Source: Okamejei kenojei
Taxonomy: Eukaryota
Length of the DNA stretch: 64,000 nt
Assembly: GCA_035221665.1 (NCBI GenBank)
Contig: CM069132.1
Span: 83,080,001 to 83,144,000 of the forward strand
Direction of reading: 5' to 3'
Shown here in pieces: positions 50,014 to 61,119 of this stretch. Each line of letters opens with the position of its first letter. Position 1 is the stretch's first letter. The position numbers and the translations under genes were made by a program. Below the pieces are notes generated by a model, which was not told where the DNA came from, searched no databases, and saw only the letters and a list, made by a program, of their open reading frames with translations.

Positions 50014-50112
50014 GTCAGGGATCAGGAAAAGGAGAGATATAGACGGAGATGTGGAGAGATAAAGAACAATGAATGAAAGATATGCAAAAAAGTATCGATG
50101 ATAAAGAGAAAT

Positions 50113-51060
50113 AAAGTGTGGGCGAGCGCGACTGACGTTGCAGCGGCCCCTACAGCCTGTCTGTCTTTTTTTGTTTTTTGTCTAGTTAAATGTAGTTGTT
50201 TGTGTTTTTTTTGTATTGTTTTCTAACTGTGTATATGTGGGGGGGGGGGGGGGGGGGGGGGGGGGAGGGGGAAACATTTTTAATCTCTTCCCTGCACGGG
50301 AGACCTGACTTTTTCCCTGACAGGTCTCCGTTGTCGTTGGGGCCTGGTGCCGTGGAGCGGCCTCCGACCGGGACGACCTGGGGGCTCCAGTCGCGGAGCT
50401 GCGGACTTACCGTTGTGGGGCTGGCCGGCCTCGGAGCGTGGGGAGCAGTGGTGGGTGGCCGCTGCGGCCCGACTCCGGGCTCCAGTTCCGGCTGCGGCCC
50501 GACTCCGGGGCTCCAGCTCCGGCTCCAGCTCCGGCCCGACTCCGGGGCTCCAGCTCCGGCTCCAGCTGCAGATTGCTGACGGTGGACTGTTGGGGTGTCG
50601 GGAGCTCACGGGTCCGGGTGGGAGACCGCTCTCTGGAGCTCCGCAACACAACTTCTCCAGCCCGTGTCGCGGGGTTGGAACGACTCGGAGCGGGGCCGAG
50701 CATTGCCCGGCGCGGCTTTAATGGCTGCAGGACGTTCCGGCGCCCGCCGGGGGCTCCAACTTTGTGACTTTGGGCCTGGAGCGGGGCCGTACATCACCCC
50801 GCGCGGCCTCAATGGACATGGGACTTGACACCGCCCGCCTGGGGCTTTGACATCGCGAGAGAGATGGTGCGGGGGAGAGAGAGGAACTTTGCCTTCCATC
50901 ACAGTGAGGAGGGATCCACTGTGATGGATGTTTGTGTGAATTTAATTGTTTGCATGTTTTCTATGAATTGTTCTGTTTGTTTGTTTGTATGGCTTGTAGA
51001 AACGGAGTTTCGTTCGAGCCTCTCTGAGGTTCGAATGACAAGTAATAAAATAAAATAAAA
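50113..51060 (+). mobile_element. GC/CpG-rich non-autonomous retroposon with internal tandem repeats and (TAAAA)n tail
   Basis: Inserted in the Penelope UTR; gcggcccgactccggggctccagctccggct repeats at 50460-50570; aataaaataaaataaaa end. Confidence 0.55.
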
Positions 51061-51574
51061 TCAAAGCCATTGTAAGCTGTTTGTGGTGTGAAAATGAGAA
51101 GCTGGTGCGACTAGGGTGGGGGAGAGAGATAGAGAGAGAGGGAATGCCAGGGCCCGAGGGCTGAGGGAGAGGTGGGAAGGGGAGGAGACAGCAAGGGTTA
51201 ACAGAATTGAGAAAGTTCAATGTTAAAGCCCAGAGGATGCAGACTCCCCAAGTGGAATATGAGGTGCTGTTCCTCCAACTTGCGGTGTTGCTCACTCTGG
51301 CCGTGGAGGAGGCCCAGGACCGAGAGGTCGGATTCGGAATGGGAGGGGGAGTTGAAGTGCTGAGCCACCGGGAGGTCGGCTTGGTTATTGTGGGCCCTTC
51401 TACTCCCACTCCTCCCCATTCACCACTTCACACATATTAAAGCAAGACTCCAATCTGAAAAGACTGGACCCTTTCCCACCCACCCTTCTCCAATCACCAC
51501 TTCACACCCAATTACCCACAACCTCCGTGCTGAACTTCACTTCTCCATCGTAAACAATAAAAATAGAGACATCC

Positions 51575-53628
51575 AGTACCCAAAAAGGCAAAGAGTACTG
51601 GTCTTAATGACTACAGGCCTGTCGCACTGACCTTTGTACTCATGAAGACCCTTGAAAGGCTTGTGCTGGCCAAGCTGAAATATATCACAAACCCCCTGCT
51701 GGACCCTCTGCAGTTTGCATAGTGGGCCATTAGATCTGTGGATGATGCAGTCAACCTGGACCTGCACTTCATTGATTGTCATTGAAAGTACGCATGCAGG
51801 TGCAGCAGGCTGTGAAGAAAGCGAATGGTATGTTGGCATTCATAGCAAAAGTATTTGAGTACAAGAGCAGGGAGTTCTACTGCAGTTGTACAGGGTCTTG
51901 GTGAGGCCACACCTGGAGTATTGCGTACAGTTTTGGTCACCTAATCTGAAGAAAGACATTCTTGCCATAGAGGGAGTATAGAGAAGGTTCACCAGACTGA
52001 TTCCGGGCTTGAACTCGCTGGAATTTAGAAGATTGAGGGGGGATCTTATAGAGACTTACAAAATTCTTAAGGGGTTGGACAGGCTAGATGCAGGAAGATT
52101 GTTCCCGTTGTTGGGGAACTCCAGAACAAGGGGTCACAGTTTAAGGATAAGGGGTAAGTCTTTTAGGACCGAGATGAGAAAATAATTTTTCACACAGAGA
52201 GTGGTGAATCTGTGGAATTCTCTGCTACAGAAGGTAGTTGAGGCCAGTTCATTGGCTATATTTAAGAGGGAGTTAGATGTGGCCCTTGTGCCTAAAGTGA
52301 TCAGGGTGTATGGAGAGAAGGCAGGTACAGGATACTGAGTTGGATGATCAGCCATGATCATATTGAATAGTAGTGCAGGCTCGAAGGCTGAATGGCCTAC
52401 TCCTGCACCTATTTTCTATGTTTCTATGTTTCATCCTCCAGCACCAAGAACGCCAGGGGGACCTATGAGGATTTTGTATGTAGATTTTAGCTTGCATTCA
52501 ACACTATTGTGCCAGATCTACTACACTCCAAACTTTCCGAGTTGACTCTGCCTGAACCCCTCTATCGGTGGATCACCAGCTTCCTGACAGACAGAAAGCA
52601 ACATGTGAGGCTGGGAAAGCAGATCTCGGACCCACAAACCCTCAGCATAGGAGCACCGCAAGGCTGCATACTCTCTCCTCTCCTCTACTCTTTCTACACT
52701 GATGACTGCACCTCCACAGACTCCTCTGTCAAGCTTCTCAAGTCTGTGGACGACACAACCCTGATTGGACTGATCCAGGATGGGGAGGAATCTGCTGACA
52801 GACAGGAAGTGTCACAGCTAGTGTCCTGGTGCCATCACAATAACCTGGAGCTCAATGCTCTTAAGACAGTGGAATTGATTGTATACTTTTGGAGAGCTCC
52901 CCCTCCCCTCAGCCCACTCAACATCAACAACCACACATCTGTGGCGTCATTTAAGTTCCTGGGAACCATCATCTCCAAGGACCTTAAGTGGGGGGCTACC
53001 ATCGACTTCACAGTCGAAAAGGCACAAGCGAGGATGTACTTCATACGGCAGCTGAGGAAGCACAATCTGCCACAGGCAACAATGGTCTAATTCTATACAG
53101 CCATCGCAGAGTCTGTCCTCACCTTCTACATCATGGTCTGGTTCGGCTCAGCCACCAAGCACGACACCCGGAGGCTGCAGCAAATCGTCCGATCAGCTGA
53201 GAAGGTTATTGGCTGCAACCTTCCCTCCATTGACGAACTGTACACTGCTAGGGCAAGGAAGCGAGCGGGTAAGATCATCTCTGACCCCTCTTACCCTGGC
53301 ACAAACTCTTTGAATCACTTCCCTCTGGAAAGCGACTCCGGACTGTCAAAGCTGCCACAGCCAGACATAAAAACAGCTTTTTCCCACGAGTAGTAGCTCT
53401 ACTCAATAGCCAAAAATCTGTAGCCTCCATTTGCTCTGGTATTTTGTTTGGTTCACATGTTTGATCAATGGTGTTTTATTACTAATGATTAGTGTTTTAT
53501 GTGCCATTCGTAACTGTCACTGTATGTCATGTTGTCACTTGTGGGCGGAGCACCAAGGCAAATTCCTTGTATGTGAATACTTGGCCAATACACTTATTCA
53601 TTCATTCATTCATTCATGCATTCATTCA
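51575..53628 (+). mobile_element. 5'-truncated Rex1/Babar-type LINE (RT domain), interrupted by CR1
   Basis: GLNDYRPVALT..MKTLERLVL..LDPLQFA; GAPQGCILSPLLYSFYTDDC..KLLKSVDDTTLIGLI; (TTCA)n tail. Confidence 0.9.
51773..52429 (+). mobile_element. 5'-truncated CR1 LINE nested in the Rex1 element
   Basis: LVRPHLEYCVQFWSP..RGDLIETYKILKGLDRLD..QRVVNLWNSL; (tttctatg)n tail; TTCAT on both sides. Confidence 0.9.
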
Positions 53629-53968
53629 AATACTGCAGACTGTTAACCTGTGCCCCACAGGTCCAATAGGCAGAACAGAAGTAAATGACTTGATAATCTG
53701 CTCAATGACTTGCCTAACATTTTTTAAAAATATAAACAAGAAACCAGGCAATTTTACTTCGGAGTCACGTGAGTGACCACATGAAGAAAGCCGTCAGTCG
53801 TCATGCGCATCATTATATCTGAAGCATGTGCCAACGACTGACTGGCAGGCGCGTTGCATCCTTCCAGCGGCAAGTTTTAAATACCGAGGTAAGTGTTTAC
53901 AAAAACTACTCTGTGTTCGTTTTGGCGGGTTCGGGATTTTCTGTTTTCTCTACCAGAACGAACCTACC

Positions 53969-56010
53969 ATGTCAAAGGTGTGGAGACTGTCTGCGGGGAA
54001 GCCAGCAACGGAGGACCGCGGAGCTGCGGGTAGCGGGCGGCCTTCCAGGGCAGACTTGGTGCCTCAGGAGAGCACCGTGGCAGTCCTGCCGGGACACAAG
54101 GCCACTCACAAGTCTGCCAGGCCCGTAGACTCAGACGTGTCCAGGCCGGAGGGATCCCCTGCGAAACGTCTGTGGGCGCCATCTCGGAAGCGTCTGCGGG
54201 CGCCTTTCCCAGATGGAGCACCTATTGGAGAGGTGGCTCCAGACCAATCTGCTCCAGAGGAGGGAGCAGTATCAGCCCTGATCTCCACGGGAAACCGCGC
54301 TAGCAGCACCGTTCACAGGGCTGCGAAGTGTCCCCCTCTCTGGATAGGACAGTACACAGAGTCAGTACTATCCTGACTCAGAGCAGAGAGGCACATCAGG
54401 TGAACACTCTTGGGGGCACGTGGCCGAAGTGCCTCTGTTGGCTTCCAAATTCACCATTCCTATTCCAACCGGAGCACCCCTCGATGAAGAGCGGGCCACC
54501 ACTATTAATTACGTGGTGTCGCATCAGCTCAAGGACCTGGTTATGGAGGAGACCACCGGCAGGTACAACACATCTTACAATGGAAAAACAAGGGAATTAT
54601 TAAGATGGGTGATCTCTATAAGGAAAACTCTTTCCTTTCATTTCAAGATTTACAACAAATTTATGGACTACACTCTAAAGATTATTTTAGATATTTACAA
54701 ATCAGAGACTATGTTAAAGCAAACACACAGGAACTTAAAAATAGAAAGATAGAAATTTTAGATGAATGCTTAAATAAACATCCGAACACAGAAAAAATGA
54801 TTTCATATATATATATGATTTTATATATATATATAAAACACCTTATTGGAAAGTGATGTCCCATCAACAGAAATATATAGACAATCTTGGGAAAACGAAC
54901 TAGGTCAAATTATTAGACCAGAAGTATGGGACGGAAGTTTACAACATATACACCATTGTTCGTTAAATGCTAAACACTCTCTTATACAGTTTAAAATACT
55001 ACATAGACTACATTATTCAAAATCCAAACTACATAACATCTTTCCAAAAGTATCTCCCATATGTGATAAATGTCAACATGTAGAAGCTAATTTGTCACAT
55101 TCATTTAAAAACTGTGTAAAAATTACAAAATTCTGGATAGAAATATTTAGGATAATTTCGAATGTTGTTAATATAACTTTGACCCCTCATTCAAAGTGAA
55201 TAATACTAGGAATACTGGAAACAGACCAGTTAATCACAACAAATCAAAGAACCTTTATTGATTATGGTTTAATAATTTGGAAGAAATTAATACTAAAATT
55301 CTGGAAAGGCCCTACATCCCCCACAATAAATATGCATTAATATGTTTCCACAATAAAAATATTTAACAAAAAAAAAAACAATACACCTGCCAACTGTGCC
55401 TCCCTCAATGTGCCGGCCGTCAATCATGCCATCTGGGGCCATATTGGAGTGGGGGTAAGAGCCCAAGAGGTCAAACTCCAAAAATGTTTTAAATTATTGG
55501 CCTCAGGCGTAACGGCCTTTGCTAGATCTGTAGATGGGGGGCCGCTGATGGAGACACAGCAGGACGCTGTGGGGCTCCTCTGTAATGCCCTTTTCGAAAT
55601 TAACTGTCTGCATACAAAACGCAATACGGCTGGCAGTCAACCCAACATTTGCTGTGCTGTGCATGGCCAGCAATGTCCTGCCGGCCAATTATCTATTTGG
55701 GACAGACCTGCCGAAGCAGGTCCGCGAGCTGGATGATGAGGCTAAGACCATTCGCCTCATGAGCCGAGCCCCAACTACACCCAGGGGCTCATCACAACTG
55801 GCCCACCCCTATGTCGCCTTCAAAACCAGGCAAAACCAGCCTAGGGGCTCTGGGACAGGAGGAAGACTCGAGCTGGAAACACCGAGGTCTTTTTTAGGGG
55901 TAGGCCCCAGTCGGCCGACAGCTTGGATCTGGGGGGGGGGGTGGGGCATCCGCCATCAGCCCTCTTTCCCAAGGCACGAGGATAGAAGCCAGGACCACAC
56001 CAGCAGTAAC
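53969..56010 (+). pseudogene. DIRS-D gag-like ORF1, split by an L1 fragment
   Basis: MSKV..KSARPVDSD; INYVVSHQLKDL..TTGRYN|TPANC..VPAVNHAIWG; LFGTDLPKQVRELDD. Confidence 0.8.
54573..55377 (+). mobile_element. 5'-truncated L1-clade LINE (ORF2 C-terminal Zn-finger region) with poly(A)
   Basis: YFRYLQIRDY, WENELG, LIQFKILHRLHYSK..ICDKC..ANLSHSF..C..FW; AATAAA plus A-run; TSD ACAAC/TACA at 54565-54572 and 55378-55385. Confidence 0.9.
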
Positions 56011-57916
56011 ATCCAAGTAGGAGAACCTAGTTGCTTGTGGACCGACTTACACATCACTAACTTACAAGTTGGGGGGAGATTGCGACGTTTTTTGAATGAA
56101 TGGAATTGGATCACAGCAGACCCGTTCATACTGCACAGTGTACAAGGGTTTAAATTTGAGTTCCTTCTTGATTCATCGCCACCCACTCAAAATTTACCAA
56201 ACTGCACATATGTGTTCTCACAACAAGAAAGATTTGAGGTACAAGCTGAAATTCAGGCTTTACATGATTCAGAGGTCGAACCAGGAATCACACCAATTTG
56301 TATCCAACATATTCCCCAAGCGAAAGAGGGATGTCATCCCAGACTTGATGGAACTCAATACCCATGTGCAGTATAAACATTTTAAAATGGATAATTTTGG
56401 TACAGCCATCCAGCTGGTTTCCAGAGGATGTTATATGGCATGCATAGATCTAAAAGATGCACACTACTCAGTACCCATTCACAAGGAGCACAGGAGATAT
56501 TTGAAATTTAACTGGATGGGGCAGCTGTGGCAATTCAAAGCATTGCCTAATGGGCTGACTTCAGCTCCCAGACTATTTACAAAATTACTAAAACCAGTTC
56601 AGGGGCTACTACGAGGTCAGAATCACATGGTGATGGCTTATTTGGATGACATTCTAATAATTGGGGACACTAAGGAATCAGCTAAATCATCTATTTCAGC
56701 TACCAAACTCATGTTTGAGAGGTTGGGATTCCTAATCCATCCAATTAAGTCAAAATTGACACCAGTCAGGGTAATTGATTACCTAGGGTGCACATTTAAC
56801 TCAATTCAAATCTCGGTGACACTGCCAAGTGGTAAGGAGTCAGACTCGATGGAAGCCTGCAATAAGGTAATTGCTCACCAGCAGCCAACAATCAGACAAG
56901 TAGCAAGTGTAATTGGCAAGCTTGTGGCAGCCTTTCGAGCTGTACGCTTCGGACCTTTGCACTACCAAACTCTACAACGTGCAAAGGAACGGGCTCTCAA
57001 ATCCCACATAGGCCAATTTGGGAAACATATGCAATTACTACTAGACGCCATGGCTGAATTACACTGGTGGGCTATGAATATACTGCTCTAAGAAAATTCA
57101 AATGATACACCATCGATAATATTACAAACCGATGCAAGTGGCCTGGGTTGGGGAGCAACAGATACCATCTTCATTTGCGGGGGCAGATGGAATGTGCAGG
57201 AGTCCTTAATACCACAGCAATATGGCATTAACTACTTAGAGTTCTTGGGAGCACTCTATGGTTTAAAGGCTTATTGCAGCAATATGCATCATGTGTATGT
57301 TCAACTACAAATTGACAACACCATGGCGGTGACGTATGTCAATCATATGGGTGGAATAAAGTCTGTATCATGTGACTAATTAGCAAACCTTGTTTGGCAT
57401 TGGTGTATTGCAAGGAACATTTGGGTCATGGTTATTTAGCTACCAGGTAGATACAATATGGTGGCGGACACTAGATCACGGAAATTCAATGATAACACAG
57501 AATGGATGTTGAATCATGTCATGTTTACCGACATTGTTGCCCGATATGGCATGCCGGATATTGACTTGTTTGCCTCCAGATTGAATCACCAGTTACCCAA
57601 ATATGGCTCATGGGAGCCAGACCCAGGGGCAGTGGCAGTCGATGCATTCACACTGCATTGGGGGGGAATGTACTTGTATGCTTTCCCTCCATTTTGCCTC
57701 ATCAGCCGATGCTTGGTTAAAATAAAGCAAGACAATGCCACAGGCATTTTGGTAGTGCCAGATTGGCCTACGCAATCTTGGTTCCCACTAGTCCTGGGAA
57801 TTATGACACAGCCTTTCATGGCTGTCCCCAACAGCCGGGATCTGCTGGTACACCCAGTAACGGGGGGCAATCACCCGCTACATGACCGAATCAATTTATT
57901 GCTTTGCAGATTCTGA
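56011..57916 (+). pseudogene. DIRS-D pol (RT, RNase H, Dam-like MTase)
   Basis: HFKMD, CIDLKDAHY, LPNGLTSAPRLFTK, AYLDD, LQTDAS, INYLE, QIDNT, DIDLFASRLN, YAFPPF; a few stops and frameshifts. Confidence 0.95.
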
Positions 57917-58873
57917 GGAGACCATACCTGGGACTCGGACTGGCTGACCGAACAGTGGTTGTCATTACAGCGGCCTTAAGGGACAGTACACAAAGGCAGT
58001 ACGTCTCTCACATCAAGAAGTGGGAGATGTATTGCCATGCCTCCAACATCGCATATGACATAGTGTGCATTACGGATTTACTGGAGTTTCTGTCAACCTT
58101 ATATTATGAGCATAAATTAGGCTACAGTGCCATCAACAGTGCCAGGAGTGTACTATCCTCATATTTAGTGCTGGGAATGGGGCCCCACCTGGTGGGAACA
58201 CATCCCCTTATTGCCAGGTTCATGAAGGGAATATACAATACTAGCCCCCCCAGGCCACGGTATACGGACACATGTGATGTTACCGTGGTGCTAACACTAC
58301 TTCGTCAGTGGGCCCCAGCCACTGCACAACCCCTAACCAACCTCATCCTCAAGGTGGCGCTGGTAACGGCGCAATGGGTCCAGACATTGCACAAGCTACT
58401 ACTGGACAACATGACCATCACTGTTAACACCACAACTTTGTCATCTATGACTTAGTTAAACAGAGCAGGCCAGGGGTACCAGGGCCCAAGTTTGAGTTCC
58501 TGGCATACCCGCAGATCCACGATTATGTGTAGTCGCACACTTGCACCAGTACGTTAAAGTCACCAGGAGCCTCAGAGACTCTGAGTTAGCTGGCCTCATC
58601 AGCCACAAAAAACCACATCACAGGGTATCAGCACAATCCCTCTCCAGATGGTTAAAAGTGGTACTGGCGGGTGCAGGAGTGAATACTGACACTTACAAAT
58701 CTCACTCCACCAGGGCTGCATCAACGTCGGCAGCAATGGTTATGGATGTGCCCCTCGACAACATCCTAGTGGCTGCAGGATGGGCCAATGAAAGGATGTT
58801 CCATCGGTTTTATAATAAACCCATTGCCAGACTGGGGGTGTTTGCACGTACCATTTTAAATTCTATTTTATAG
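57910..58873 (+). pseudogene. DIRS-D tyrosine recombinase
   Basis: ILRRPYLGLGL..STQRQY..GYSAINSARS; KSHSTRAAS; AAGW..FHRFY; frameshifted near 58440-58520. Confidence 0.93.
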
Positions 58874-60114
58874 TTCCCCCCAGGTTGGGCGGGGTCACTA
58901 TCATTTTGTTTTTCACATTAAAGCATAAGTATTGTTACCTAACTGTCTGAATGCATTAAGTTTTTCTCACTCATCCATGGTCAATCCATTCAGTGTGTGA
59001 CGCCTGGACACAGACCGGTGTGAAATCACAGACCGTTGAAATCTTCACGTAGTCACTCACGTGACTCTGAAGTAAAATACTAAGATTAAACGAGAACTTA
59101 TCAGTTTGAAGTTTGATCTTGATTTTATGAGGATATACGATGAGCGATTACGTGCCCACCGCTCCCAACCCTCATATTATCAGGTCATCTAGTAGTTCTA
59201 GTTCTCCAAATCTTACTATCTTCAGGTCAACTTGTCATCTGTGATTCCACACCACTGCTTTGAAGATTGACGCGCATTACGACTGACGGCCTTCTTCATG
59301 TAATCGCTCATCTAACTCCTCATAAAATCAACATCAAACTTCAAACTGGTAAGTTCTCATTTAATCTTACTATTAATTTGCTCTCTTCAGGTAGTGGCAT
59401 TTAGGGTCTTTTATTTACTCAAGAGTCTTCAATTTATTGAATAAGCCAAAAATAGAGACTTCAAGGGTTTTCGATTTTCATTTGAAAGCTGCAGACTGAA
59501 ATGTCAGCAGAGATGAAAAACTCAAACTCAAGACTTGCTGAAGAGGAAAAAATATTGCCAGAACTAAAACTATGGAAATATAAATTGCAATAAATAAACA
59601 TATATCATTTGGAAATTAATGCAAATTAAACGATTATACAGAAATATCCTGCTATGTGTCAGTAAAATTAAGATATGAGAACAGTGAATTTTATTACAAT
59701 GAGTGAGTCAATATTTGTGCGATTTATTTATTGATCACCAAAATCCCCAAGTTGCTGGAAATATGTAATAAAAACAGAAAGTACTGGATGTAGTGGCAAC
59801 TAAATGTTAATCTGTGGAGTGATAAACAATGTTAACATTTCAGGTCAATAACACCTTCTTCAGAAATGGTGGTTAAAATAAAGGAAATGTGCTATAAGTG
59901 GTATGTTTTCACTTGTTTACACTGAGATGAAATTGTAGACATGGCCTTATCAATTTCTTGAGCTGTAGTCAGCAAACAAAACCTCTGCCTTCAATTTCAT
60001 AGCCCCAGCCTGCACTAAATGCGAGGTTGAATGGTTTTCTGGGTTTGCAGGCATGTCTACATCAAAACATTTTGATTCTATCAATGTCTTTCATTATGCT
60101 ATTTTGTCTAATCA

Positions 60115-60403
60115 GGGTGGCACAGTGGTGCAGCAGTAGAGTTGCTGACTTACAGCGTCGGAGACACGAATTCGATCCCAACTACATGTCTGTACGATGA
60201 TTTACGTTTTCCCCGTGACCACGTGGGTTTTTTCCAAGATCTTTTGTTTTCTTCCACACTCCAGACATGCAGGTTTGTAGGTTAATTGGCTTGGTATAAG
60301 TGTAAATTGCCCGGAGTGTGTATATGTGCAGAGATCACTGGTTGGTGCGGACTCGGTGGGCCGAAGGAACTGTTTCCACGCTGTATCTCTAAACTAAACC
60401 TAA
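60115..60403 (+). mobile_element. HE1/V-SINE-like SINE
   Basis: gggtggcacagtggtgcagcagtagagttgctg head and gctgtatctctaaactaaac tail. Confidence 0.85.
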
Positions 60404-60836
60404 GACACTGGCAATTGAACATAACAATTCTTTACAAAGCATGATATTTTGCGAATCTTTATTTACCACACTTTATAACCGAAGGCAGTATTATTCTGTA
60501 TTAAAGTGCTGGGCAACCTCAACACATCCAAAGTCTTTCCAACTCACCATGTACGAAAGGGCTAAGGTGCAAGAAGGTTTGTTACAAAGAACCAACTTTA
60601 ATGCTTTATAGGGAAACAAAAGGGTCAAAGGCTGAGACACCAGGTCATGAGATTGTGATCAGTAATTATGAGTTTTATGCCAGCTATTACACTGATAGCA
60701 AGTAAGTACCTCGGATATGTTGGCGCACATTCCCTTTGGCACAAAAACCAATACAAAGTTTGGATAAATTTATATGCAATTGTGATTTAAGAAATTTGCT
60801 ATCAATTTAATATTAGTTGAATAATATAAGGTGATT

Positions 60837-61119
60837 GAGTTTAGTTTAGTTTAGAGATACAGCACAGATACAGGCCCTCAGCCCACCAAATCTGCGCCGA
60901 CCAGTGATCCCCGCACATTACTACCCTACACATATTAGGGACAATTTACATTTATACTGAGCAAATTTACCTACAAACCTGCCCATCTTTGGAATGTGAG
61001 AGGAAACCGAAGATCTCGGAGAAAACCCACACGGTCATGGGGCGAACGTGGTCGGGATCGAACCTGTATTTGAAAGTGCTGTAAGGCAGCAACTCTACCG
61101 CTGTGCCACTGTGCCACCC
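60837..61119 (-). mobile_element. HE1/V-SINE-like SINE
   Basis: (TTTAG)n tail and gtaaggcagcaactctaccgctgtgccactgtgccaccc head (antisense). Confidence 0.85.

Larger units (their letters stand above)
49880..51400 (-). mobile_element. Penelope-like element 3' part (GIY-YIG C-terminus, UTR, terminal repeat), interrupted at ~50113-51060
   Basis: ADLPVAQHFNSPSHSESDLSVLGL..RKLEEQHLIFHLGSLHPLGFNIE (ORF 51198-51419); terminal gaaggaactgcagatgctgg motif. Confidence 0.85.
53751..59374 (+). mobile_element. DIRS-D: near-complete DIRS-type retrotransposon
   Basis: 5' ATTTTACTTCGGAGTCACGTGAGTGACC..; ICR 59043-59154; right ITR ~59268-59301 complementary to 53779-53812; 3' end ..CTTACTATT; ATT at both junctions. 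Confidence 0.95.

Noticed and set aside
50196-50902. Overlapping GC-rich ORFs on both strands
   Set aside because: Stop-poor GC-rich tandem repeats within a non-coding retroposon.
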